In this document: positions 7,634-17,842 of the stretch, piece after piece
How the letters are laid out: each line of letters opens with the position of its first letter
How positions within the stretch are numbered: position 1 is the stretch's first letter
Source: a virus
Reading direction: 5' to 3' (one strand)
DNA: 43,495 nucleotides
UHGV virus genome: UHGV-0404561
Notes under the pieces: generated by a model
The model's database searches: none
What the model saw: only the letters and a program-made list of their open reading frames with translations
Told to the model about the DNA's origin: nothing
Position numbers and translations under genes: made by a program

Positions 7634-8413
7634 CTATTTGGCAATGCCTGGATAATGAAGGACCCCGTCCTGATCAGGAGTAAGTACTACTGGTTCAGTT
7701 GCCATGCGACCGTCCTGATTCAGGTAGTACCACTTGCCATTGATTGTCTGTAAGCCCTTTAGCATGGCGCCGTCGGAGCCGAGATAGTACCAAGACCCTT
7801 TGTATTGATACCAGATATCATGAACCATCATGCCGGCACCGTCGAACCAGTACCAGAGTTCTCCGTCTTTGTACCAGTCATTGGAAACATACTTCCCAGA
7901 TCCGTCTTTTAAATAGAAGCGCCAACCGCCATTTTCCTGCTGCCAGCCTTCTATGATCTTCGGCTTTTCCACGGCTGACCAGGTTTTCATAAACTCTTCC
8001 GGAGTTTTATAGAGCTTTTTAATCCCACTGGTACCACTTCCCCAGTCTGGAAGTTGAAAATGTGGTTTATCTACAATACTCTTCCAGTTTCCACCCCATT
8101 CCAAGCCGATGGATGTGCCGATCACGCCAACCTTGCTAAAAAATCCATCTGAATCATAATAGGCGCCGCGGCCATCTGCACGATAAATGTCGAAGGCTGT
8201 ACCCCACTGGTGATAACTGCTGTAACTGCTGCCTGGGGCATTGGTCACGATATTTCCCGGTTTTGTACGCCCCTGAGCATATAAATCATCTTGCTCTGCT
8301 TTTGTCCTGAGAGTTTCCCCGATTTTGATCTGCAAGCCTTTGGCGGCACACTTGGAAATCAATTCTGTTGCCAGCTTCTGTAAACGTGGATGGCATAAAG
8401 TAATATCTCTCAT
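7634..8413 (-). CDS. Endolysin: N-terminal peptidase M15 (VanY / L-Ala-D-Glu peptidase-like) domain plus C-terminal choline-binding-type cell-wall-binding repeats
   Basis: SSYHQWGTAFDI and GGNW...DKPHFQ motifs of M15 peptidases. C-terminal GW/YY repeats (GGWRFYLKDGSGKY, GELWYWFDGAGMM, GSWYYLGSDGAM, GKWYYLNQDGRM). ATG at 8413 with RBS; the track ORF starts at an upstream GTG at 8434. Confidence 0.9.
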   Translation of the reverse strand: MRDITLCHPRLQKLATELISKCAAKGLQIKIGETLRTKAEQDDLYAQGRTKPGNIVTNAPGSSYSSYHQWGTAFDIYRADGRGAYYDSDGFFSKVGVIGTSIGLEWGGNWKSIVDKPHFQLPDWGSGTSGIKKLYKTPEEFMKTWSAVEKPKIIEGWQQENGGWRFYLKDGSGKYVSNDWYKDGELWYWFDGAGMMVHDIWYQYKGSWYYLGSDGAMLKGLQTINGKWYYLNQDGRMATEPVVLTPDQDGVLHYPGIAK

Positions 8414-8443
8414 AATTTCGCCTTTCTTTTGCACCGGTGAAAC

Positions 8444-8575
8444 TTAATATTTTTCTCCGGTCAACTCCTGATACTCTTCTTCTGTCAGTTTTCCAGCCTG
8501 TACCAAAGTTCTAAGTCTATCTTTGTCCCAATATTTTGGATAGTATTTTTCAGCCAGATTCTTTACACTTAACAT
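8444..8575 (-). CDS. XkdX-family small phage protein (43 aa), below the ORF-track size cutoff
   Basis: Minus-strand translation MLSVKNLAEKYYPKYWDKDRLRTLVQAGKLTEEEYQELTGEKY has the XkdX hallmark KDRLRTLV...G.LT.EEY.E.TG. Located just upstream of the lysin. Confidence 0.75.
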   Translation of the reverse strand: MLSVKNLAEKYYPKYWDKDRLRTLVQAGKLTEEEYQELTGEKY

Positions 8576-8587
8576 ATGCGCTCCTCC

Positions 8588-8998
8588 TTATAAATCGGTT
8601 CCTGTCATTACAGCCAAAAAGTCTATGTCAGCTCTATTGTGTTTAACCTGTTCTGTCACTCCTGGTTGGGACAGAATCAGTGTTACAGCCCTGCCCATTA
8701 CAGCTTCAGCTTTTACGCTGCCATCATCATTATAAGTTGCGGGTTGCACCTGTGCATTGTCATCTACACTCTTGGGATTTCCCAAAGCAGTATAACCATC
8801 ATACACGGCTAATGTCTCCCCAGTGCCATTGATGATTTTTATCTGATCCGTGTTGGAAGCGTTGGAGAAAATAGTGATCAGATCTTCAAGGTTGTCATCC
8901 GACAAAAATGTCAACTTAAGGCTGTCGCTAAACGCATCAAGCCCGTTTACTACTAAATCAAATTCTTTTTCATTTTTTAACTTGATTTTTTCGTTCAT
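8588..8998 (-). CDS. Hypothetical tail-fibre-region protein (136 aa)
   Basis: ORF in the XkdV/W position between the fibre genes and XkdX. No motif recognised. Confidence 0.55.
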   Translation of the reverse strand: MNEKIKLKNEKEFDLVVNGLDAFSDSLKLTFLSDDNLEDLITIFSNASNTDQIKIINGTGETLAVYDGYTALGNPKSVDDNAQVQPATYNDDGSVKAEAVMGRAVTLILSQPGVTEQVKHNRADIDFLAVMTGTDL

Positions 8999-9376
8999 TC
9001 TTTTTTCCTTTCTTTTTCTTTTGTTTTTTTTACTTAATATATGCGATTTTTCTGTTTCTATTACTCAACTAAATAGTAATTTAACAACAAGAGCAATGTA
9101 TGTCGGATATTATCTCAATAATCAATGGATCAATATTCTTTTAAAGCCAAACCAAACGGTCTTACTAACAGTAAATGCTTTTTCGCAAAGCAATTCTGTT
9201 AGTAACGCATTGTATTTGATTTGTGGTGCAAGTGTAGCCGATAAGTCAGGGAGTATACTTAAGGTAGGCGGTACTTTTGATTTAATAACCAACTGGAACA
9301 CTGGACTATCAATTGGTATTAATGCAGCTGCAAATCAATGGTTGCAGATAAGTGCATTGTATTTGTAATGATCATT

Positions 9377-10081
9377 TTAGCACATTGCAATATAGCATAA
9401 ACTGACATTACGTACTGGCTTTGCTGAAGGAAACGGATTTCGGATATATCCGGTAAATCCAGTTGTAGATATACTGTCCACCTGTGATAAAAAAAGGTCA
9501 CCATTTGTCCGCAAGGTAAACGTTAATGCTGGAATGACACTAAATGCCTTGTCAAATGTGACAGTAAACATTACTTCGTCACCACTCGCCAAATCATTTG
9601 TTGACGTAAAAACTGGCTTGACAGCCAGTTTAAATTGTATTTCCTTTGCATTTAGTACTGTTAAATTACTATTTAGCTGATCAAGTTTCTGCCCCATAGC
9701 ATAGGCCAGTGCCGCAGAAACACCTTTAGTCGCATCATTGGTCTGTACGCTTACCAGATCGCTGATCTTAAGCAACTTAGTAGCAGCCTGATCTACTACC
9801 CAGTTTATCAAATCCTGTGCAGAAACTGTACCGCCCACTTCTCCCAGCACTCCGCTGGTATCCTCTGCCTGCACTGATTCCAGGGCTGTAGGGTTAAAGC
9901 CTTTAGCCATCAGCTGATAATTAATATGATCATCTGTAGGTGTGATGCCTTGTACAGTCTTCAAGGTAATATACGTACTGTTTTCATACATTACCATTGT
10001 AAGTTGTTCATATGCTGTTTCCGGATTGTATTCTCCACCATTGGTAAGCATCCACTTACCAAGATCTGTTGTGCTTGCCAC
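9377..10081 (-). CDS. Putative tail fibre / receptor-binding protein (234 aa)
   Basis: Position downstream of the Tal and fibre genes. T/S/N-rich composition. Confidence 0.55.
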   Translation of the reverse strand: MASTTDLGKWMLTNGGEYNPETAYEQLTMVMYENSTYITLKTVQGITPTDDHINYQLMAKGFNPTALESVQAEDTSGVLGEVGGTVSAQDLINWVVDQAATKLLKISDLVSVQTNDATKGVSAALAYAMGQKLDQLNSNLTVLNAKEIQFKLAVKPVFTSTNDLASGDEVMFTVTFDKAFSVIPALTFTLRTNGDLFLSQVDSISTTGFTGYIRNPFPSAKPVRNVSLCYIAMC

Positions 10082-10851
10082 TATGCCACCTCCACTAATA
10101 CATGGTTATTTTCAACTTTAACTGTTACTGTTTTTCCTTGTTTGCACATCAAATGCCCTGTTGATGCATCCAGATAAAACTCCGGTAAGATCAGATTTGC
10201 ATATGTCCCAGCCTTTTCAGCTTCTTCTTTCGCCTTTTTGCTATAAAATTTGCTGTTGTCAGTATCTTCCCCTGTTCTGGAACCAGTACCACCCACAGCA
10301 TAGCTTATAGATGATTTATTATATGCCTCTGCCTCTTGCGCTGCTGTCTGAGCATCAAGCATATACTGCCGTAAAGTCTTCTGCAATGTAGGCTCTAGCT
10401 TATCTGCTGTTATTGACCCGTCTACCACATTTGCAGATATAGTCGTTCCATCCAGGTTCATTGCAATAGTCGCTGTACTGGAAACGTTATAAACAAAACG
10501 CTGGAAGCTGATCTTCTTTATGGTTCCGTCCTGCTGGACCAGTACGAGATTACCATCTTCGTCCAGATCAAGCTTTGTTGGCATCATCTCAATAGGAAAA
10601 TCTACCGTTTCTACAGTGCCATCCTTATGTGTTACAGTTACAATCCAAGTGGATGTGTCAACTTCCCATCCAGTTATAAATTTGGCCGCATCCGATGCCT
10701 CCAGTTTGTCCTGGGATAGGCCAAGGATATATTGCGCACATTGCAGGATACCATTATCCATATGGCGCAGATTTGTCTTGCCAACTGGTGTGGATGTGTC
10801 CGGGTAGTTCACCCAGCCTATAATGCTATAAAACAGCTCACTCAGCTTCAT
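10081..10851 (-). CDS. Putative tail fibre protein (start at MKLSELFYSIIGW..., RBS AAAGGAAG)
   Basis: The N-terminus MKLSELFY...TNLRHMDNGIL is typical of Firmicute phage fibre proteins. The track ORF extends upstream to 10914 with a basic low-complexity leader that is unlikely to be real. Confidence 0.6.
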   Translation of the reverse strand: MKLSELFYSIIGWVNYPDTSTPVGKTNLRHMDNGILQCAQYILGLSQDKLEASDAAKFITGWEVDTSTWIVTVTHKDGTVETVDFPIEMMPTKLDLDEDGNLVLVQQDGTIKKISFQRFVYNVSSTATIAMNLDGTTISANVVDGSITADKLEPTLQKTLRQYMLDAQTAAQEAEAYNKSSISYAVGGTGSRTGEDTDNSKFYSKKAKEEAEKAGTYANLILPEFYLDASTGHLMCKQGKTVTVKVENNHVLVEVA

Positions 10852-11035
10852 TCTTTGCTTCCTTTCCGGACTGCTGTGGTTTTTCCGGGATTTCTTTAAC
10901 GATTCCACTTTCAAGGATAGCCGCAGCCTGTGCCATAAGCTTTATATTGTCAAATCCTTTTACAGCCACCATATTAAGTAGTGCTGTTAAAAGCTGGATA
11001 TCCTCTTTTTTGTACTCTACCTTAGCCATGATCAA
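10838..11035 (-). CDS. Small hypothetical protein (65 aa) between the Tal and fibre genes
   Basis: ORF with short overlaps to both neighbours. Confidence 0.4.
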   Translation of the reverse strand: MIMAKVEYKKEDIQLLTALLNMVAVKGFDNIKLMAQAAAILESGIVKEIPEKPQQSGKEAKNEAE

Positions 11036-13058
11036 CCTCCACTTTCCGCAAGATAAATTGCAATGCCTTTACTATCACCGGGATGTAATTTATGTAAGGG
11101 ATGGAATAGTATTTACCATTTTTAGTATACAATGGCATTTCCGTGCCCAGATCTGCACACATTTTTTTTACTTCTTGTGCAATAAATCCCAGGCTTTCCG
11201 CATCGTTTACATTCAGTGCATAGGCTACCGGCCGCAGCCCTTTTATCACTTCTACAGCAAGCTTTTCATGAACATCTCTGATGTCATGCTTTAACCTTCT
11301 GTCTGACCAGGTCTCCCCAGCCATTGATGAGTAAACACTTACACAGCTTATTCGATTAGCATCGATGTTTTGGCAGTTAATCGCTCCTGAAAAATCCGCT
11401 CCTGAATTAAATACCGCATTACCTCCAACTTCCAGATGGTTTGTGTAAATCGTACTCGCACCGATTGAACTCGTATTCGCAGTTCCAGCAATTTCTGCAC
11501 CGGTAATCGTCAGTTTTCCATTTGCCAATGTAATACTTCCATCATTGGTTTTAAAACTGTTCGCCACCACATCACCTGTAAATGATCCGCTGCTTGCTGT
11601 CAGTTTACCATCTGCCGTCATAGAGGAATATGTAGAACTCCAGCTAAAACGATTCCCTTTTATGCTGATCCCACCGGTTTCCACCGAAAGCTGATTTGAT
11701 ACGTCTCCCTGGCTAACTTTCAGTTCAATCTTATCACTGACTACGTTAATCGCTGATCTCAGTTCTGCTTCCTGACCGGTAGCTCTCGTAACTTCCAGGG
11801 AAATCTGATTAGCCATCTGGGTAAACTTGGAATTAGTTCCCTCTTCCAGATTGGTAAGTTCATTTGATATTTCTTCTACAGATCGCTTAAGGATAGCAGA
11901 TAAGCCTTTTATCTGTATCAATTCACTTTCAATGCTAAAAGGTCTTGATAATTCCTGGCTTCCAGTGCTTTCATAGCTGTCCATAGCCCCCTGAATACCC
12001 GTAAAGGTTCTTTTCATCACAAGGGTATTAACTATCCCGTCTGTAGTCTCCAGACTGATCCTATCCCCTATTTCAATCCACGGGGAACCGTTTGTAGATA
12101 TGGTTGCGGGCTGGTATTCCAGACCGTTTACGACGTTTTTAATGTTATTGGCAATTCCTATCATCTCTGATGTGGTCTTGCCATATACCAGCATGTTTCC
12201 TTCAATGATATAAACATTTTGACCGTCTCCTGTGCTGGTTCCGCCTATGTCCCCTTCTTCCTGACGGATCTGTACGGTATCTATATCTGGAACTGTGTAC
12301 TCTTCACTCTCGGCATTCTGATAGATTGTGATCCGCGCGGATATATCCTCTTTTTCCGGAAGTGCGATATACCGCAGTTCCCCGTTCTTATTGATGTTTC
12401 CAAATACTCCATTGATCTGGCAGATCTGCTGCAGTACTTCCCGCCCTTTCAAAGCTGTAGGATTTATGGTCTTTTCTACCTGCATTTCATCATTAACAAG
12501 AACTGCATTTTCTTCCCGCACACCTACAAATGAACAGAGTGATTTACGAAATGCTTTTAATGTCATTGGAAAACTCAATGCATTATACCAACCGGACACA
12601 TCTACATCAAAACGCTGCATCCTGTCATAGGCTATTATCTTTCTGGTATTCTTGTCTTCCTGCTTGGGTGTAGACTCTACTTTAAACAAGCCCAGGACCA
12701 TGTTATAGCCACCAAATGACTCTGTAGCCATAAATTCGCGGCCTGAAATACTCTGGGTCAGTCCCGTTACTGTGATTTCAAACTGGGCTGCCTCACACGA
12801 TCCAAAGCTTAGATCTTCGTCTGAACACAGGCTTTCTGTAATGGCAAGGGAATCTGTTACTATCTGATCATCTTCTATGGAAAAATCCACAGCGTCCGCA
12901 GACATTTCAGAAGGATATAAATCCTCTGAAGGATACAGTGTTTCAGACGGGTATAGAGCATGATATTCTTCTTTAAAAAAAGTCAGCTTAAGACTTTTTC
13001 CACCATATTCGTTAAACAGGTCTTTATAAACCTGATCGATCTCTATCATCTGCTTCAC
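11022..13058 (-). CDS. Tail-associated protein (Tal / prophage tail endopeptidase-like) with C-terminal peptidase-S74 intramolecular chaperone domain
   Basis: The 678-aa product follows the Dit-like gene. Near the C-terminus SDRRLKHDIRDVHEKLAVEVIKGLRPVAYALNVND matches the S74 SDxRLKxNI chaperone motif. N-terminal YPSETLYPSEDLYPSE repeat. Confidence 0.8.
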   Translation of the reverse strand: MKQMIEIDQVYKDLFNEYGGKSLKLTFFKEEYHALYPSETLYPSEDLYPSEMSADAVDFSIEDDQIVTDSLAITESLCSDEDLSFGSCEAAQFEITVTGLTQSISGREFMATESFGGYNMVLGLFKVESTPKQEDKNTRKIIAYDRMQRFDVDVSGWYNALSFPMTLKAFRKSLCSFVGVREENAVLVNDEMQVEKTINPTALKGREVLQQICQINGVFGNINKNGELRYIALPEKEDISARITIYQNAESEEYTVPDIDTVQIRQEEGDIGGTSTGDGQNVYIIEGNMLVYGKTTSEMIGIANNIKNVVNGLEYQPATISTNGSPWIEIGDRISLETTDGIVNTLVMKRTFTGIQGAMDSYESTGSQELSRPFSIESELIQIKGLSAILKRSVEEISNELTNLEEGTNSKFTQMANQISLEVTRATGQEAELRSAINVVSDKIELKVSQGDVSNQLSVETGGISIKGNRFSWSSTYSSMTADGKLTASSGSFTGDVVANSFKTNDGSITLANGKLTITGAEIAGTANTSSIGASTIYTNHLEVGGNAVFNSGADFSGAINCQNIDANRISCVSVYSSMAGETWSDRRLKHDIRDVHEKLAVEVIKGLRPVAYALNVNDAESLGFIAQEVKKMCADLGTEMPLYTKNGKYYSIPYINYIPVIVKALQFILRKVEVDHG

Positions 13059-13061
13059 TCC

Positions 13062-13475
13062 TTAATACTGGATCATTTCAATGGTTACTTTCTCATAGTA
13101 CATTTCACCGGTGTCATTGTCTGCTATGTGGTCAATAGCAAACTCTGTATCTGGGATATAAAAAGAACCGGTGCCATATACACATGTATCTAAATTCCAG
13201 TAGGTCACTCTGTACTTCTTTTGGGTAGCATCCTGCAAGCCATTGGCCTTAATAGAATTAAACAGATCCTTTTCCCTCTGGGATAATGGTCTCAATTCCA
13301 GATTAAGAGTCGTTTTGAAATTAGGAGAGGTCACCCTCTGCAAGGACTCATTATTATCTCGCCAAGCCTTTTTCTCTATTCGCTGGTCCGGTGTTGACCT
13401 GTACCGGGTAAGGAAACTGTTTGGGAGCTGTGTGTTCCCAAACATTACCAGATAACCTCTATAGTCTTTCTGCAT
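13062..13475 (-). CDS. Phage tail protein, distal-tail-protein-like (137 aa, short for Dit)
   Basis: Position immediately downstream of the tape measure gene. Confidence 0.45.
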   Translation of the reverse strand: MQKDYRGYLVMFGNTQLPNSFLTRYRSTPDQRIEKKAWRDNNESLQRVTSPNFKTTLNLELRPLSQREKDLFNSIKANGLQDATQKKYRVTYWNLDTCVYGTGSFYIPDTEFAIDHIADNDTGEMYYEKVTIEMIQY

Positions 13476-13485
13476 GCCTTACCTC

Positions 13486-16344
13486 CTACACTAAGACAGG
13501 ATTTTTTCCCGTCCTTTTCTTTTCCTGACGGACAAATTTAACCGTAGATGCACCCATTTCTTTGCCGTCCAGATAAATGTATCCTACTATATCACCACCA
13601 CCCAGGCCACCAGCTTCCTGAAGTGCCTCTTTTAGTGCCTGTTTCATGGTTGACAGCGGAGAGACAACCTCTGTTTCTTTCTTGTTATCTCCCAAGATTG
13701 CAGCAAATTCACCAGCACGAGGCGGAACCACTGTACCAGAAGCAAGGCGGGGAAGTCTGACTTCCTGAAGCTGGAACCCAAAAGTCTTTCCACCAATCTC
13801 CGGGATCCAGTCAGGCACATCAAAACTGACCCTATTCAATGCTCTGACAATATAATTCACTGCATTCTCTGCAATGGATACAATGCCATTGAAAACACCT
13901 TTAAAGATATCCTTAATACCTTCCCAGGCTTTTCCCCAATCTCCGGAGAATGTTCCATTGATAAATGTTATGAGGCCGTTTACTGCCTGTTTGAGGCTTT
14001 CTATGACCTCATTCAAGCTGGGAAGCATATCTGTGATACCCTTTTTCAATCCTTCAATCAGATATCCGCCCATTTCTGCCATAACAGTTGACGGGCTATG
14101 TATACCAAATGCATCTTTAAAGCCATTTAGGAACGGCTGGAATACATGTTCTTTGATCCAATTCCCTATGTCCTTAACTGCATCTATGATACCATTAAGG
14201 ATACCTGCCCCCCAGTCTCCACCAGCCTGCTTTGCGTACTCTGTAAAGTAGCTCTTCATACTCTCTATAGAGTCATGGAACAGACCATAAAGGAACTCGC
14301 CTAATGATGCAAGGGCCGCTCCTAACCCATAAAACAAGCTAGCAGCAATTCCTGCATAGTCTATAGTGGCAAGTCCCTCGGCTATCTTTTCACCGGCCTC
14401 TTGCCAGTCTGTTTCTATCAATGCCGCACTGATACCATCACATATACCTTTTGCAAGCCTGCTTATAGCTTGTGCGTAGCTTTTAAGGTCAATATTTGCA
14501 ATAGCTCCATTAATGCCTTTTCCCAAGGCAGTTCCCGCTTTAGACCAGTCAAAGGTTGTTACAAATCCTAATAATGTTTGAAATACAATATTAAACTTTG
14601 CTACAAACAGCTTTCCCAGGTTTTCCCAGTTTACTTCATCAACAAAACCGTTAAAGCCCTCTGCAATCTTGCTTCCAAGTTGTACCCAGTCAATACCATC
14701 AACCAGAAGATTTAATGTATTCACAAGGGTATTTAAACCAGCGCCTACCGTCCTTCCCATTAAGTCCCAGTCAATATTTTTGACCAGGCTGTTAAATGTC
14801 TGTGTAAAGGCATTTACAAAAGCTGTGATCTTTGGTCCTACATGATCCCAGTTAATAGCATCATAGACTTTCTGAAGACCTGCATTGATCCCCTGAGCCA
14901 GATATGCGCCTAATCCGGTCCAGTCCTGGGCCTTGATCAGGCTGCGGATCTTATCAGCCATGCCCTTGATCGAACTTTCAATAGGTGTAGTCTCAAACAT
15001 CTGGGATGGGGATACGCCACCGTCTCCACCACTTCCGGAAGAAGAATCTGCTTTCTTAACATTTAATTTGTCAAATGCGGCCAGTTCTCCCTCTGCTTCC
15101 TTGGCAGCACTTCCAGTCTTTTTTAGAGACTTAGCATAATCCTGCTGTACCTTTGTAGCTTTTACTACTGTGCTTTTTCCGGTCAGTGCTGCCATAAACT
15201 GAGCAATGGCCGTTACTGCGGTATTAAGCAGTCCGATCAAGTAATTAAGCGCCGGAGCTACTGCAGATAATATGGGCGCAAATGCTGTTGCAAAACTGTT
15301 CTTAAGCTGTGTCATGGAAGACATCAGACTGGAAATATCTTTATTGGTTGATCCAGAATATTGCGCCAGGTTCTTAAAACCTTCAACAACAGCACTTCTC
15401 ATCTTGCCGAACAGTGCATACAATGTCCGGATACCCAAGCCATACTTAACCAGATTTTTCAGGCTTAATGTAGTCTTATTCGCAGATTTATGGATTCCAA
15501 ACATACCGGTAGTCATCTTTACAAGCCCGTTTAAGATCGGCTTACCTACCAGTTTTCCAAGGCTTACAGATGCCTTTGCCGCCAAGGAGGCTATGTTTTT
15601 AATTCCTTTTGCTGCTGTTTTCAGTATCCCGCCAGACAGCATTTTGACACCTAAGCCCAGAGAGTGGAATCCCTGTTTAACTCTGTCAAGTGTTCCTCCA
15701 TAATCTGAAGTTTCTCCTTTTGCCGCTGCCAGACTTCCGCCATATTCCTGTATCTTCTGTTTAAGAGCCATAAAGGACGTATTCACCCGGTTATTGACAT
15801 CAGCAAGCTTCTGTTGCTCTGTTTCCAGCTGGGCTGCTGCCTTCTGAGCGGCAGGTGTATCCGCCCCAGAAGTAAATGCACCGCCACTTTTTTCAAGATC
15901 TTCTTTTTCGGCCTTTGCGTACTCAAGGGTCTTTTTCAGCTGTTCAATTTCGTATTGCATGCCAGCATAAGCTTTGCTGTTCGTTTTGCCTCCAGTGTTT
16001 ACAAATTTTTCCTGGCGTTCATTTAATGCTGCGAGTTTCTTTTCCGTCTCTGCTATCTGCTTCTGGATCTCTGCATATTCTTCTGTAGGGATCTTCTGGG
16101 AGTTAAATTCTTCTATTTTCTTTTTCAGGGCTTCAACCCGTTTTTCCTGTGCCGCATACTGCGCATTTAACTTTGAAAAGGAATCCAACTGTTTCTGAAG
16201 CGCTATCTTAGATTTATCTCCAATATCACTGACTGTCTTTGCCATGCGTTTGGCAGCAAGTTCTATATCTTTAGATCCGGCTTTAAAGCCATCTTCCGAA
16301 ATTGTGGTATCAATCAGTATTGTTCCGTCTGCCTGCACGCTCAT
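13486..16344 (-). CDS. Tail tape measure protein (952 aa)
   Basis: Size. N-terminal coiled coil (QEKRVEALKKKIEEF...). Long G/A/I/L-rich repetitive hydrophobic middle section. Position after two chaperone genes. Confidence 0.85.
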   Translation of the reverse strand: MSVQADGTILIDTTISEDGFKAGSKDIELAAKRMAKTVSDIGDKSKIALQKQLDSFSKLNAQYAAQEKRVEALKKKIEEFNSQKIPTEEYAEIQKQIAETEKKLAALNERQEKFVNTGGKTNSKAYAGMQYEIEQLKKTLEYAKAEKEDLEKSGGAFTSGADTPAAQKAAAQLETEQQKLADVNNRVNTSFMALKQKIQEYGGSLAAAKGETSDYGGTLDRVKQGFHSLGLGVKMLSGGILKTAAKGIKNIASLAAKASVSLGKLVGKPILNGLVKMTTGMFGIHKSANKTTLSLKNLVKYGLGIRTLYALFGKMRSAVVEGFKNLAQYSGSTNKDISSLMSSMTQLKNSFATAFAPILSAVAPALNYLIGLLNTAVTAIAQFMAALTGKSTVVKATKVQQDYAKSLKKTGSAAKEAEGELAAFDKLNVKKADSSSGSGGDGGVSPSQMFETTPIESSIKGMADKIRSLIKAQDWTGLGAYLAQGINAGLQKVYDAINWDHVGPKITAFVNAFTQTFNSLVKNIDWDLMGRTVGAGLNTLVNTLNLLVDGIDWVQLGSKIAEGFNGFVDEVNWENLGKLFVAKFNIVFQTLLGFVTTFDWSKAGTALGKGINGAIANIDLKSYAQAISRLAKGICDGISAALIETDWQEAGEKIAEGLATIDYAGIAASLFYGLGAALASLGEFLYGLFHDSIESMKSYFTEYAKQAGGDWGAGILNGIIDAVKDIGNWIKEHVFQPFLNGFKDAFGIHSPSTVMAEMGGYLIEGLKKGITDMLPSLNEVIESLKQAVNGLITFINGTFSGDWGKAWEGIKDIFKGVFNGIVSIAENAVNYIVRALNRVSFDVPDWIPEIGGKTFGFQLQEVRLPRLASGTVVPPRAGEFAAILGDNKKETEVVSPLSTMKQALKEALQEAGGLGGGDIVGYIYLDGKEMGASTVKFVRQEKKRTGKNPVLV

Positions 16345-16350
16345 ACCTCC

Positions 16351-16908
16351 TTACAGCCACTTTTCAAGGTTTGCAATCTCCTGTTTCTGCTCTTCACTCT
16401 GGACTACCGGCAGCTTAACCAGGTCCAGATTTTCCTTTTCAAATTCCTTCTCCCATTTTTCCAGCTTTTTATGTCTTGCTTTCTTTTGCCTGATCGATAA
16501 CACCTGGGAAAAGAGACCGTCTTCCACTTCCATGAAATATCCCAGGAATGTCCACCAGTGCATGTATTTCTCTGCACGAAGTTCTTTGCCAGCCACTTTA
16601 TTAACAGCTGGCATAATGATAGCTGCATCATGCTGCCAGTCAATGACCTTTTTCTGTGGTCTTCGCTTATCATTCAGACCACCATCTATAAAATCAGCGG
16701 CCTTTTTGCATGCCTCTTCATAGCAGTGTACAGGGATTGTATCCGAATCCACATACAGGATCTGATACATGGCATCCTGCTTTTCATAATCATTCAGATC
16801 CGGATCCTCGCAGGCTATGAGAATATCCAGTATGACCCGAAAGTCCGACTGGATATTGTAATCAATGCCTTCGATATTTATTACTTTTGGAAGATTATAA
16901 CCTATCAT
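16351..16908 (-). CDS. Phage Gp15-like tail assembly protein
   Basis: Position immediately upstream of the tape measure gene. DFRVILDILIA-type N-terminus as in the bacteriophage Gp15 family. Charged C-terminus. Confidence 0.55.
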   Translation of the reverse strand: MIGYNLPKVINIEGIDYNIQSDFRVILDILIACEDPDLNDYEKQDAMYQILYVDSDTIPVHCYEEACKKAADFIDGGLNDKRRPQKKVIDWQHDAAIIMPAVNKVAGKELRAEKYMHWWTFLGYFMEVEDGLFSQVLSIRQKKARHKKLEKWEKEFEKENLDLVKLPVVQSEEQKQEIANLEKWL

Positions 16909-17312
16909 TTCTTATACTTGTCCGTGTACTTCTTTACCTTTGCACTAGTCTTCCGTACTCTAACATCCAGCTCTTTTTCAATGAATCCTGCAACAACGCT
17001 TAACACATATTCACATAAAAGAGTTCCGTCTGGACGTGGGGTAAATGGATTAGCTCCGGCAAACAGAGCTTCTGATGCATTGGTATTTAACAGATAATCA
17101 AACTGCTCTTTTACTTTATCTGAGATGGCATACATCTTATCAATGTCTTCCCCTTCTGGAAGCTGTATTTTCTCAAATTCTGCTGCCACTTTCTCATAGC
17201 GTTTTACTATATCCAGATCCGCAGGGTTCCAGTAAAATCCGCCTGTCACATTTCCTTTGCTGTCAACAATATCGATCCACTCCCGGTTATCCAGTACCAA
17301 CTGCTTTCCCAT
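16905..17312 (-). CDS. Tail assembly chaperone
   Basis: A 135-aa acidic protein between the major tail and Gp15-like genes. ATGA overlap with the downstream gene. Confidence 0.55.
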   Translation of the reverse strand: MGKQLVLDNREWIDIVDSKGNVTGGFYWNPADLDIVKRYEKVAAEFEKIQLPEGEDIDKMYAISDKVKEQFDYLLNTNASEALFAGANPFTPRPDGTLLCEYVLSVVAGFIEKELDVRVRKTSAKVKKYTDKYKK

Positions 17313-17323
17313 TTAAATCTCCT

Positions 17324-17821
17324 TTAACCTAAATCTGATGGTGTGAATGTTTTCTTGCTTACATCCCATGTACCTTTAACCCTGTTTCCAGCTTTGTACA
17401 CAGTAAATGGAGTCTGTATGCCGGATGTATCGCCGCCTACACTGTTCGGGATTAAGTAAACATCTTCTCTATAAGCCCATACTGCAGTAGGCGCAGCATC
17501 CTCGGTTAATCCTGGCTTTAACAGCACATCAACCATAGTGGTCTTGCACTTATCGCCTGTGGCTCTTGTATTGGCCAGATCCATGATCTTGTTGCTAAGG
17601 GTATCGTCATAATCTTCGTAGTAAAAAGGATCTACATCTGACTGTACTTCATAGCCTGAGTGCTGCACTGACTGTTCGCCTAAGATGTTTTTAGTAACCT
17701 CAACATCAGGGTTCAGCTCTTCATTGTACTCTTCCAGGTTTTTTCCGATTCTTACATAAGTCGGAGTTGATGTGCTAAAGGCTGCGTCAATGTAATGCGC
17801 CAAGTACTTACGTCCAATCAT
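17324..17821 (-). CDS. Major tail protein (165 aa)
   Basis: Position. The N-terminus KYLAHYIDAAF resembles phi13-type major tail proteins. Confidence 0.65.
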   Translation of the reverse strand: MIGRKYLAHYIDAAFSTSTPTYVRIGKNLEEYNEELNPDVEVTKNILGEQSVQHSGYEVQSDVDPFYYEDYDDTLSNKIMDLANTRATGDKCKTTMVDVLLKPGLTEDAAPTAVWAYREDVYLIPNSVGGDTSGIQTPFTVYKAGNRVKGTWDVSKKTFTPSDLG

Positions 17822-17842
17822 GCTATCATTTCCTTTCTATGG

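Noticed and set aside
8850-9368. 172-aa plus ORF
   Set aside because: The first half overlaps the minus-strand gene 8588-8998 and is low-complexity. Only the distal 90-aa portion is kept as a low-confidence possibility (see finding).
16351-17312. Programmed -1 frameshift joining the two tail chaperone genes (G/GT-like)
   Set aside because: The downstream ORF has its own ATG (ATGA overlap) and looks like a separate Gp15-family protein. No slippery heptamer was identified by eye.
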